Origin: Antedon mediterranea
Taxonomy: Eukaryota > Animalia > Echinodermata
Assembly (NCBI RefSeq): GCF_964355755.1
Contig: NC_092680.1
Location: forward strand, 8,928,001-8,992,000
DNA length: 64,000 nucleotides
Direction: 5' to 3'
Both the position numbers and the translations under genes were made by a program. Below, piece after piece: positions 13,055 through 24,366 of the stretch; the first letter of the stretch is position 1; each line of letters begins with the position of its first letter. The notes under the pieces are model-generated. The model saw only the letters and a list, made by a program, of their open reading frames with translations. It was not told the DNA's origin and made no database searches.

Positions 13055-15299
13055 GGGTGCTGGTCAACCCGTACCCAAACCAACCCGTACCCATGCCAAC
13101 TCGTACCCAACTTGGCTAACCCGTACCCAAATAATTGGTCAACTCGTACCCACTTTGGCTAACCCGTACCCAAACCAACCCGTACCCATGCCAACTCGTA
13201 CCTAAATATTTGGCTTACTCGTACCCAAGTATTTGGCTTACTCGTACCCATTTTTTGGCTTACCCGTACCCATTTTTGGCTTACTCGTACCCATTATTTG
13301 GCCTACTCGTACCCAATTTGAATAATTACTTGTAATGATTTGATCGGCGTAAAACTAGTGGTATGCTTTTGCCGTATGAATATTTTTATATTTAAATTGT
13401 TTTTTTATTTTACAGGTCTCGGTGAAATGTGTGCTAATAAAAATGACCATTGATTTGATTGTAGACTTCGTTTAATTAGGCATATATTTGTTAACATTTA
13501 TTTAAATCTAGTATTATAGTTTTATAAACGTATGTTTGATGTGTCTTTTTTATTTACGTAAGAGAACATTAATTAATAAAAAAATATTTTAACTGTTGTA
13601 TAGTTAGTATTACAATTCAATTAAGCCCAGGTAAAGCACCAACAACGTATAATTTTATACTTATCAATTTTTATTCTTTTATTTAATTCTAATTATCTTC
13701 CCTGATTACATTTGATCAAGTAATTATTTCTATTGTATTTGGTATATTTAAAATTGGTTGAATTAACAACACCCTGTTTTAAGCGAAAAGCCTGCCGGGC
13801 TATGGGGTCGAATTACTCGTAGATTTCGTGTTACGTGTTTTTTGTGACCGGGATTAACCTTTTATTATAAAAAACACGCATTTGTAGGGCCGGCGTCAAA
13901 GAGACGACTTAGTAATGACGTATGATCATTTTCCATATATCTTATTTATTAATAATTCAGTGAAATGATCATATACACGTACTGTCGTACTGTAGCCTAA
14001 GGCAATTAAACATTTTGGCAGATTTTCTTCTATAACAGCTACGTGTTTTTGCTGAATGGGGATTCCTCTTTATTATTAAAAAAAAAAACGCATTTGTACG
14101 GGTCCATTTGTAGTGTGTCCAAAAATAGGCAACGCAATGTGGCGTATGATCGTTTTCTATTTATTTTTTTTCTTAAATAATTCAGTAAAATTATCTGTTT
14201 GTTTACGGTAATTAAACATTTTTGGTAGATGTTTCCTCAATAACTTACAGCTACGTGTTTTTGCTGACGAGGGATTCCCTTTTTTTAAAAAAAATACGCA
14301 TTCTATAATGTGTCAAATAAGACAAATGAAATGAACTACGATCGTTTTTCCATGGCAACGGATGTCGTCTTATTTACTAAAATAATATAAACGTTCTGAA
14401 GGCCTACCTACACGTGTCTGAGTACTTACGTATCTGTCAGCGATAAGATGATTTTTTTAAGTTTTAGTAGTATTTATTTCGGTTTTTAGTCATAATAATA
14501 CAGTAATAATCATTATAAAATGAAAACGTAATAACAGCAAATGTCGTCGTTTGTAATTAAATGTTAAATTATTGGAGGTTAGTACAGTAGTTACCTTTTA
14601 TTATTACTCTCACATCCGTCATTGTATACTAGATAAACGGCAATAATCTAATCTACTACTAAATGCTCATAGCAGCAATGAGGCTGGTATCCACTTAAAT
14701 AGTTTCGTGATTTTAAAATACGAGTGACTATTTAAAAATGTATTAAATATTTTCGAAATGTTAAAACAGTTTAATATTTTCCAAAACTTGCAAAACAAAA
14801 CAACAAAAACCATTCGTTAAAAAACGATTTTCAAAAAGCACATTACTTCATTATCTGTAAAATAAAATGAAAATACAAATTATGTATAAAAGATATTCAT
14901 GTTTACTTTTAATAATTCAAGTTTTCATCATCACAGACTAGTGGGTATTTCAATTTCCATGTACTACTATTCGTAGAAAATAATAGATTAATAACTCATA
15001 AATGAAAAAAAAATAGAATGCAGCACAGCAGCCGACCACTGACATCTTCCACAGAGCCATATAAAACAGCGCCCTCAAGTATTAACTTGACCAAATACGA
15101 CGTACGCAAATATGTCTGTGAAGTTGGTTACTAGTTCCTAGTTCCTAGTTCCTTATTCAAATTAAATTAAAGGGACAGTCACAAATATTTTTAAAAACAG
15201 ATTTTAATACGTAATAACTGACTAATTGAGTTGTTATTGCATCGACATGTTAGTCTTGACCTCCTCTACTTCTTCCGGTCAAAGCTCAATAACATTTTA

Positions 15300-16297
15300 T
15301 GCATTTACGCCCTCTACGGCGAATAAGTAACTAGCTTTTACGAACGTTATAACACTTGACCTACTTAATTTTTTCAAAATATTTTGGTATGGATCGATCA
15401 CCCTTCACCTACTCTATCATTTGGCACCCCAGTTCCGCGAACTTTTTTGCATCTACGCCCTCTACGGCGAATAAGTAACTGGCTTTACGAACGTTATAAC
15501 ACTTGACCTACTTAATTTTTTCAAAATATTTTGGTATGAATCGATCACCCTTGACCTACTCTACCATTTGCCACCCCAGTTCCGCGAACTTTTTTGCATC
15601 TACGCCCTCTACGGCGAATAAGTAACTGGCTTTTTACGAACGTTATAACACTTGACCTACTTAATTTTTTCAAAATATTTTGGTATGAATCGATCACCCT
15701 TGACCTACTCTACCATTTGCCACCCCAGTTCCGCGAACTTTTTTGCATCTACGCCCTCTACGGCGAATAAGTAACTGGCTTTACGAACGTTATAACACTT
15801 GACCTACTTAATTTTTTCAAAATATTTTGGTATGAATCGATGACCCTTGACCTACTTTACCATTTGCCATCCCAGTTCCGCGAACCTTTTTGCGTCTACG
15901 CCCTCTACGGCGAATAAGTAACTGGCTTTACGAACGTTATAACACTTGATCTACTTATTTTTTTCAAAATATTTTGGTATGAATCGATCACTCTTGACCT
16001 ACTCTACCATTTGCCACCCCAGTTCCGCGAACTTTTTTGCGTCTACGCCCTCTACAGCGAATAAGTAACTGGCTTTTACGAACGTTATAACACTTGACCT
16101 ACTTAATTTTGTCAAAATATTTTGGTATGAATCGATCACTCTTGACTTACTCTACCATTTGCCACCCCAGTTCCGCGAACTTTTTTGCGTCTACGCCCTC
16201 TACAGCGAATAAGTAACTGGCTTTTACGAACGTTATAACACTTGACCTACTTAATTTTTCCAAAATATTTTGGTATGAATCGATCACCCTTGACCTA
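15300..16297 (+). repeat. ~148-bp tandem array (about 7 units), left arm of foldback
   Basis: Unit TACGCCCTCTACGGCGAATAAGTAACTGGC... recurs every 147-149 bp. Confidence 0.95.
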
Positions 16298-16991
16298 TCG
16301 TAACTATTATCACTCAATGAATAGTGTGCGCTTTTTAATTGTTAATATTAACGGTAACAGTATTAATGAATATGTTAATTTTGCTGTTATAAGGTAGTGT
16401 AAACTGTTTTTAAGTAACAGTTGCTGTAATGACATTTAAAAAAAAACATTAGTTCAGCTTTGTTTTTTTTGTTCGCTTATAGATGGGTACTGTAAGATGA
16501 TGTCATTGTATGTGGGTGATTTTTTTAAACATTCTAGGTCTACAGTGGTAAAATATTTAGTAATTTATAGATTTTATAATGAAAGACATTTATGCCGTAA
16601 ACCATATGCGTAAGAACACCATTTAAACAACTTAATGTGATGCAACATTTAAATACAATTATCTTCCTACATCATAACATGAGAAACAAAATGCAATGGA
16701 AAAAAAATTGCTTTTGACAGTTTTGTATAATTGTTATATAAGTTATGAAAGAGTAATAATAGGCATATTTAAATTGTTAAATAACAAATTATTTCAGCTA
16801 CTTACAGTTCAACATTACATTCGTTACATTACAATTATTGTATTGTTTTTAAAACAACTTTCATCATCCAGGGAAGAATGTGCGCTCTTTAATTTAATAA
16901 AGGATTAATTAGATGTTTTACCCTACTCTGACGTAATTTGTACTTTATACTAAGTACATTTGAGAATACTTGCGAAAAAAATCGCAAGTAG

Positions 16992-17080
16992 TTCTCGGGT
17001 GGGACTCGAACCCACAACCTCCAGATCACTAGCCTGGCGTCTAGACCACCGAGCTCGGTGGTCTAGAGGTATGAACGCCA
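16992..17080 (-). pseudogene. rearranged tRNA-like module (anticodon AGT, Thr-like) head-to-head with its own 5' part
   Basis: Minus: CTCGGTGGTCTAG-ACG-CCAGG-CTAGTGA-TCTGG-AGGTT-GTGGGTTCGAGTCCCAC-CCGAG; palindrome TCTAGACCACCGAGCTCGGTGGTCTAGA; plus strand CTCGGTGGTCTAGAGGTATGAACGCC. Confidence 0.65.
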
Positions 17081-17529
17081 AGTGTAAACTGTTTTTAAGT
17101 AGCAGTTGCTGTAATGACATTTATAAAAAACGTCAGTTCAGACTTGGTTTGTATGTGTGCTTTTATAGAATGGGTAAGTAAGCACGTTTAAAAAGATATT
17201 ACATTTGATCGATTGCAACTGTTGTAATTAACGAGAAAAAATAGCCCGGCATAACATTTAATGAAGTGGGGCGGTATTGAATAACTATGCAGTATGTCGT
17301 CACATGTTGACGTAAGAAGTTATTTATTAGTTCTAGTTTATTTACTACGATAGAGCCTACTTTAAATGCTGTTTTAATTTCAGGTAGTCATGTTGTACTT
17401 GTGTTGAAAAGTTGTAATGAATAAAACGGAATAATAACTTGTGGTTACCGTTCATAACCAAACTGTTGTATTTGTGTTTGCTTCAGAAATTATCTTTTAA
17501 AATTGCATGTTGTAACAAGTCAAAACAAA

Positions 17530-19470
17530 ACCAGTTCGCGGAACTAGTTTGGCAAATGGTAAAGTAGTCAAGGGTCATCTACCCATAACAAATTACTTAT
17601 TCGCCGTATGCAAAAACTATTTTGAAAAAATTAAGTTGGTAAAGTGTAAAACGTTCGTAAAAGCTAGTTACTTATTCGCCGTAGAGGGCGTAGATGCAAA
17701 GAAAATCGCGGAACTGGGGTGACAAATGGTAGTGTAGGTCAAGGGTGATCGATTCATACCAAAATATTTTGGAAAAATTAAGTAGGTCAAGTGTTATAAC
17801 GTTCGTAAAAGCCAGTTACTTATTCGCTGTAGAGGGCGTAGACGCAAAAAAGTTCGCGGAACTGGGGTGGCAAATGGTAGAGTAGGTCAAGAGTGATCGA
17901 TTCATACCAAAATATTTTGAAAAAATTAAGTAGATCAAGTGTTATAACGTTCGTAAAGCCAATTACTTATTCGCCGTAGAGGGCGTAGACGCAAAAAGGT
18001 TCGCGGAACTGGGATGGCAAATGGTAAAGTAGGTCAAGGGTGACCGATTCATACCAAAATATTTTGAAAAAATTAAGTAGGTCAAGTGTTATAACGTTCG
18101 AAAAGCCAGTTACTTATTCGCCGTAGAGGGCGTAGATGCAAAAAAGTTCGCGGAACTGGGGTGGCAAATAGTAAAGTAGGTCAAGGGTGATCGATCCATA
18201 CCAAAACATTTTGAAAAAATTAAGTAGGTCAAGTGTTATAACGTTCGTAAAAGCCAGTTACTTATTCGCCGTAGAGGGCGTAGATGCAAAAAAGTTCGCG
18301 GAACTGGGGTGGCAAATGATAGAGTAGGTGAAGGGTGATCGATTCATACCAAAATATTTTGAAAAAAATTAAGTAGGTCAAGTGTTATAACGTTCGTAAA
18401 AGCCAGTTACTTATTCGCCGTAGAGGGCGTAGATGCAAAAAAGTTCGCGGAACTGGGGTGGCAAATAGTAAAGTAGGTCAAGGGTGATCGATCCATACCA
18501 AAACATTTTGAAAAAATTAAGTAGGTCAAGTGTTATAACGTTCGTAAAAGCCAGTTACTTATTCGCCGTAGAGGGCGTAGATGCAAAAAAGTTCGCGGAA
18601 CTGGGGTGGCAAATGATAGAGTAGGTGAAGGGTGATCGATTCATACCAAAATATTTTGAAAAAAATTAAGTAGGTCAAGTGTTATAACGTTCGTAAAAGC
18701 CAGTTACTTATTCGCCGTAGAGGGCGTAGATGCAAAAAAGTTCGCGGAACTGGGGTGGCAAATGATAGAGTAGGTGAAGGGTGATCGATTCATACCAAAA
18801 TAGTTTGAAAAAATTAAGTAGGTCAAGTGTTATAACGTTCGTAAAGCCAGTTACTTATTCGCCGTAGAGGGCGAAGATGCAAAAAAGTTCCCGAAACTGG
18901 GGTGGCAAATGGTAAAGTAGGTCAAGGGTGATCGATCCATACCAAAATATTTTGAAAAAATTAAGTAGGTCAAGTGTTATAACGTTCGTAAAGCCAGTTA
19001 CTTATTCGCCGTAGAGGGCGTAGACGCAAAAAAGTTCGCGGAACTGAAGTGGCAAATGGTAGAGTAGGTCAAGGGTGACCGATTCATACCAAAATATTTT
19101 GAAAAAATTAAGCAGGTCAAGTGTTATAACGTTCGTAAAGCCAGTTACTTATTCGCCGTAGAGGGCGTAGATGCAAAAAAGTTCGTGGAACTGGGGTGGA
19201 AAATGGTAAAGTAGGTCAAGGGTGATCGATCCATACCAAAACATTTTGAAACAATTAAGTAGGTCAAGTGTTATAACATTCGTAAAAGCCAGTTACTTAT
19301 TCGCCGTAGAGGGCGTAGATGCAAAAAAGTTCGCGGAACTGGGGTGCCAAATGATAGAGTAGGTCAAGGGTGATCAATCCATACCAAAATATTTTGAAAA
19401 AATTAAGTAGGTCAAGTGTTATAACGTTCGTAAAAGCCAGTTACTTATTCGCCGTAGAGGGCGTAAATGC
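17530..19470 (-). repeat. ~148-bp tandem array (about 13 units plus a degenerate one), right arm of foldback
   Basis: Reverse complement of the 15300-16297 unit. Confidence 0.95.
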
Positions 19471-19973
19471 ATAAAATGTTATTAAACTTTGACCGGAAGA
19501 AGTAGAGGAGGTCAAGGCTAACATGTTGGTGCAATAACAACTCAATTAGACAGTTATTACGTATTAAAATCTGTTTTTTAAAAAATATTTGTGACTGTCC
19601 CTTTAATTGAATTTGAATAAGGAACTAGGAACTAGGAACTAGTAACCAACTTCACAGACATGTACGCAAATACGATGAAAGCTGTGCTTTTTTCGTACGA
19701 GTCTGTACATATTATTATACATTTTAGGTCAATAGTTTTTGCCATTATAATATCGAACATATGATTGGTATCTAAAAATTTAATAAAACTGGGTTTAAAT
19801 GTAATATAAATATACTTTAAATAGCATTAAACTTGGGTACGGGCCAGCCAATGATGGGTACGGGTCAGCCAATGATGGGTACGGGTCAGTCAAAATTTTG
19901 GGTACGAGTAAGCCAAAATTTAGGTACGAGTTGGTGGGTACGAGTTGGCATGGGTACGGGTTGACCTGTATTC

Positions 19974-20017
19974 GTATAATTTATGGTAGCGGGGGACTGC
20001 GTTCGCGCTAACCCCCA
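19974..20017 (+). ncRNA. U1: U1 snRNA 3' part (Sm site + stem-loop 4)
   Basis: ATAATTTATGGTAGCGGGGGACTGCGTTCGCGCTAACCCCC matches the U1 Sm site and SL4 with its UUCG loop; joining to 12924-13054 minus one TSD gives ~167 nt. Confidence 0.93.
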
Positions 20018-20378
20018 CCCCAATTCGACATTAATATTAGATAGCCTATGCAGTTCACGATAAGTGTTAGTTTAATTAAGAACACTTGATATATAACTAT
20101 TTATGGTTACATTATCTATTTTGAAATTGTGTTGGTTTGTAACTATTTATTTTCCCTTAACAACTATTGGTATAGCATATTAACAGGCATTGAACGCTTC
20201 ATAATTATTTCGAAGCGTACGAAGAAGAAGAAGAAGAATATCAAACTCTAGATTAAACAAAATAAAGTAGTCTATTATAGAAATTACGTATTTAATTTTA
20301 TTACTTTCTGTTAAACGATAATTATATTTCACTTACAATATGTATTAAATGCTATTTATTTATAGATATTTTATTTAT

Positions 20379-23300
20379 TTACATGTCGTATTGTTCTTGT
20401 CGATGAAGTTTGGCGATAGAAAACCTTTGACATTTTAGACTCAATGATGAAGACGTAGTATGTACACCGTTTAGGCCTATTGGTTCTGTTTCAGTTTGTA
20501 AGCAATGCTGTTTTTCTTCGCCATTTCTATCGCTGCAATTCAAGTGGTTTATGGATTGGAGATCTAGCTCCATCGGTGCATTGCGTGATATCGTATACAG
20601 GTATGCCACCCACTCGTTGTAAGTGTTGGATGTTACGTGGTAACAGGTCAACCCGTACCCATGCCAACTCGTACCCACCAACTCGTACCCAAATTTTGGC
20701 TTACTCGTACCCAAAATTTTGGCTGACCCGTACCCATCATTGGCTGACCCGTACCCATCATTGGCTGGCCCGTACCCAAGTTTAATGCTATTTAAAGTAT
20801 ATTTATATTACATTTAAACCCAGTTTTATTAAATTTTTAGATACCAATCATATGTTCGATATTATAATGGCAAAAACTATTGACCTAAAATGTATAATAA
20901 TATGTACAGACTCGTACGAAAAAAGCACAGCTTTCATCGTATTTGCGTACGTCGTATTTGGTAAAGTTAATACTTGAGGGCGCTGTTTTATATGGCTCTG
21001 TGGAAGATGTCAGTGGTCGGCTGTGCTGCATTCTATTTTTTTTTCATTTATGAGTTATTAATCTATTATTTTCTACGAATAGTAGTACATGGAAATTGAA
21101 ATACCCACTAGTCTGTGATGATGAAAACTTGAATTATTAAAAGTAAACATGAATATCTTTTATAGTATACATAATTTGTATTTTCATTTTATTTTACAGA
21201 TCTGAGAATGAGATAATGAGTAATGTGCTTTTTGAAAATCGTTTTAAAACGAATGGTTTTTGTTGTTTTGTTTTGCAAGTTTTGGAAAATATTAAACTGT
21301 TTTAACATTTCGAAAATATTTAATACATTTTTAAATAGTCACTCGTATTTTAAAATCACGAAACTATTTAAGTGGATACCAGCCTCATTTAGTAGTAGAT
21401 TAGATTATTGCCGTTTATCTAGTATACAATGACGGATGTGAGAGTAATAATAAAAGGTAACTACTGTACTAACCTCCAATAATTTAACATTTAATTACAA
21501 ACGACGACATTTGCTGTTATTACGTTTTCATTTTATAATGATTATAACTGTATTATTATGACTAAAAACCGAAATAAATACTACTAAAACTTTAAAAAAA
21601 TCATCTTATCGCTGACAGATACGTAAGTACTCAGACACGTGTAGGTAGGCCTTCAGAACGTTTATATTATTTTAGTAAATAAGACGACATCCGTTGCCAT
21701 GGAAAAACGATCGTAGTTCATTTCATTTGTCTTATTTGACACATTATAGAATGCGTATTTTTTTTTTATAAAGGGAATCCCTCGTCAGCAAAAACACGTA
21801 GCTGTAAGTTATTGAGGAAACATCTACCAAAAATGTTTAATTTACCGTAAACAAACAGATAATTTTACTGAATTATTTAAGAAAAAAAATAAATAGAAAA
21901 CGATCATACGCCACATTGCGTTGCCTATTTTTGGACACACTACAAATGGACCCGTACAAATGCGTTTTTTTTTTAATAATAAAGAGGAATCCCCATTCAG
22001 CAAAAACACGTAGCTGTTATAGAAGAAAATCTGCCAAAATGTTTAATTGCCTTAGGCTACAGTACGACAGTACGTGTATATGATCATTTCACTGAATTAT
22101 TAATAAATAAAATATATGGAAAATGATCATACGTCATTACTAAGTCGTCTCTTTGACGCCGGCCCTATAAATGCGTGTTTTTTATAATAAAAGGTTAATC
22201 CCGGTCAGAAAAAACACGTAACACGAAATCTACGAGTAATTTGACCCCATAGCCCGGCAGGCTTTTTGCTTAAAACAGGGTGTTGTTAATTCAACCAATT
22301 TTAAATATACCAAATACAATAGAAATAATTACTTGATCGAATGTAATCAGGGAAGATAATTAGAATCAAATAAAAGAATAAAAATTGATAAGTATAAAAT
22401 TATACGTTGTTGGTACTTTACCTGGGCTTAATTGAATTGTAATACTAACTATACAACAGTTAAAATATTTTTTTTATTAATTAATGTTCTCTTACGTAAA
22501 TAAAAAAGACACATCAAACATACGTTTATAAAACTATAATACTAGATTTAAATAAATGTTAACAAATATATGCCTAATTAAACGATGTCTACAATCAAAT
22601 CAATGGTCATTTTTATTAGCACACATTTCACCGAGACCTGTAAAATAAAAAAACAATTTAAATATAAAAATATTCATACGGCAAAAGCATACCACTAGTT
22701 TTGCGCCGATCAAATCATTACAAGTAATTATTCAAATTGGGTACGAGTAGGCCAAATAATGGGTACGAGTAAGCCAAAAATGGGTACGGGTAAGCCAAAA
22801 AATGGGTACGAGTAAGCCAAATACTTGGGTACGAGTAAGCCAAATATTTAGGTACGAGTTGGCATGGGTACGGGTTGGTTTGGGTACGGGTTAGCCAAAG
22901 TGGGTACGAGTAGACCAATTATTTGGGTACGGGTTAGCCAAGTTGGGTACGAGTTGGCATGGGTACGGGTTGGTTTGGGTACGGGTTGACCAGCACCCCT
23001 TCGTTCCATTCACTATAATGATATATGGCAGATAGTATTGCCAACCGTCTGTCAATCGATACCTATAACAAGAAAACAACATTATTTATTAATTACGATG
23101 ATCATGTAAATAAATAATAAGGATAATCAATGGTATTTCTGTTAAAATTACAAATGTAGGGAGCATTACTAGTAAAATCACAAAGTACTACTGTAACCGA
23201 ATAAGTAATGTAAGTAACTTGCAGGCAGTGAGTTTTATTTAAGAAAAGGTTATTACAAATAATGCGGTAGAAAGAAGTTTCGTATCGATCAGTAAATACT

Positions 23301-23847
23301 ACTTTTCATATTCCTTTTAGTAGAGTAAATGTTTTAAAAAATGGTTTTATTAGTAGATTAAGTCAAACTTATAATTCTTTTACTTTAAGAAACCCTGAGT
23401 TAGATATCTTTAGTAATAATTTCCGTAAGTTTCGTAACATTGTTAGTAGTTTAGTTTAATGTTTGTTATTGTATATGTTCGTGTTTGTCTGTGTTCCCTC
23501 CTGTAAGTGGTGAACCATGAGCTCACTGTTGGTTGGGAAATGAATAAATAAATAAATAAATAAAATAAATAAATTACCTGTAAAGGCCAACATAGTTATT
23601 GCAATGAATAAGTTGGTTTAATAATGTAAATCACATACCTGTGTCTGTCAACCTTTTCGATATACGGAGATTCACTGAAGATCTGACGAACACATTCTCT
23701 GAAATTTCTCATATTATACTTCTCCGGACAAATTGTATCAATAATGTGCAGCACGTTTAGAGAACCGCTGGTAGTATCTGGACAACGGAGAAGAGCCGCC
23801 ACAACAAGTTCTTCGCGTATGACACTTTTACAATAAATTGAAGGCAT
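20379..23847 (-). pseudogene. transposon-disrupted two-exon gene, ~178 aa, divergent winged-helix/forkhead-like N-terminus
   Basis: Exon 1 23847-23639 (donor CAG|GTATGT); exon 2 from 23062 (acceptor TTCTTGTTATAG|) to 22999, resuming 20642-20379. Reads ...EKVDRHR-YRLTDGWQYYLPYIIIVNGTK|YHVTSNTYNEWVAY...YDM*; AATAAA after the stop. Fold call is by eye only. Confidence 0.6.
20643..22998 (-). mobile_element. copy 2 (inverted) of the ~2.36-kb TIR element
   Basis: Near-identical reverse complement of 13055-15111 + 19672-19969; lacks the foldback insert; no TSD. Left end could be 20639. Confidence 0.92.
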
Positions 23848-24039
23848 TTATGGCGTTCCATAATCGGAATGCCATAGCTACATAAAACATCGACATCATC
23901 GAACATCGAAAACTGTTCTATTTTACCAATTCAATTATAATAGTTTCGTTTAATAATGATGAATGATACTGACATGGAGGCCACTGACGCTTAGTTAGGT
24001 ATATTAAACTAGTTTATATCTTAACCAATTAATTAGGGA

Positions 24040-24168
24040 AAGATGTTAGCTAGCTCCTTCCTAGCTAGGCCTAGCCTAGCCTAGGCCTAGGCTAGGAGGT
24101 AGGCTACTAGCTTAGTAGTTAGGCTAAGCCTACTACTACTCTAGCCTAGCCTGTAGGGCAGTTTGAGT
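24040..24168. promoter_or_regulatory. CTAG/AGGCCT-rich promoter-like tract (continues at 27241-27430), between head-to-head genes
   Basis: Low-complexity CTAGGCCTAG tract like the one at 11560-11775, located between two divergent gene starts. Confidence 0.35.
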
Positions 24169-24366
24169 GAATACTTCATTCCGGCCGCGCTTCAATCCGA
24201 CTGCGATTCATTCCGGCCGCAGCTATGGAGCGCCCAATGAGTCTTTTACAACCGAGACACGTTTTTTGTAGAGAATCAAAATAAACATTAATTAGACGGA
24301 TATTTTATTATTTGAAATAAATTTATTAATATTTTACATATTGTTATTAACTATAATTAGTAAGTA

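Larger units (their letters stand above)
15112..19661. mobile_element. foldback element with ~148-bp tandem-repeat arms
   Basis: Ends ATGTCTGTGAAGTTGGTTACTAG / CTAGTAACCAACTTCACAGACAT; 10-bp TSD GTACGCAAAT (15102-15111, 19662-19671); the empty site is seen in the second host copy near 20940. Confidence 0.92.
13055..19973 (+). mobile_element. non-autonomous TIR DNA transposon (Mutator/foldback-like, ~2.36-kb core), copy 1, inserted in U1
   Basis: Ends GGGTGCTGGTCAACCCGTACCC / GGGTACGGGTTGACCTGTATTC; arrays of ACYCGTACCCA subterminal repeats; exact 8-bp TSD GTATAATT at 13047-13054 and 19974-19981. Confidence 0.9.

Noticed and set aside
13055-13320. CRISPR-like short repeats with variable spacers
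   Set aside because: Spacers are only ~5-12 nt and themselves repetitive, there are no cas genes, and the context is eukaryotic; these are subterminal transposon repeats.
13055-19973. Dada transposon or an intron within U1
   Set aside because: Clear TIRs, no transposase ORF and no GT-AG ends; does not fit Dada or a spliceosomal intron.
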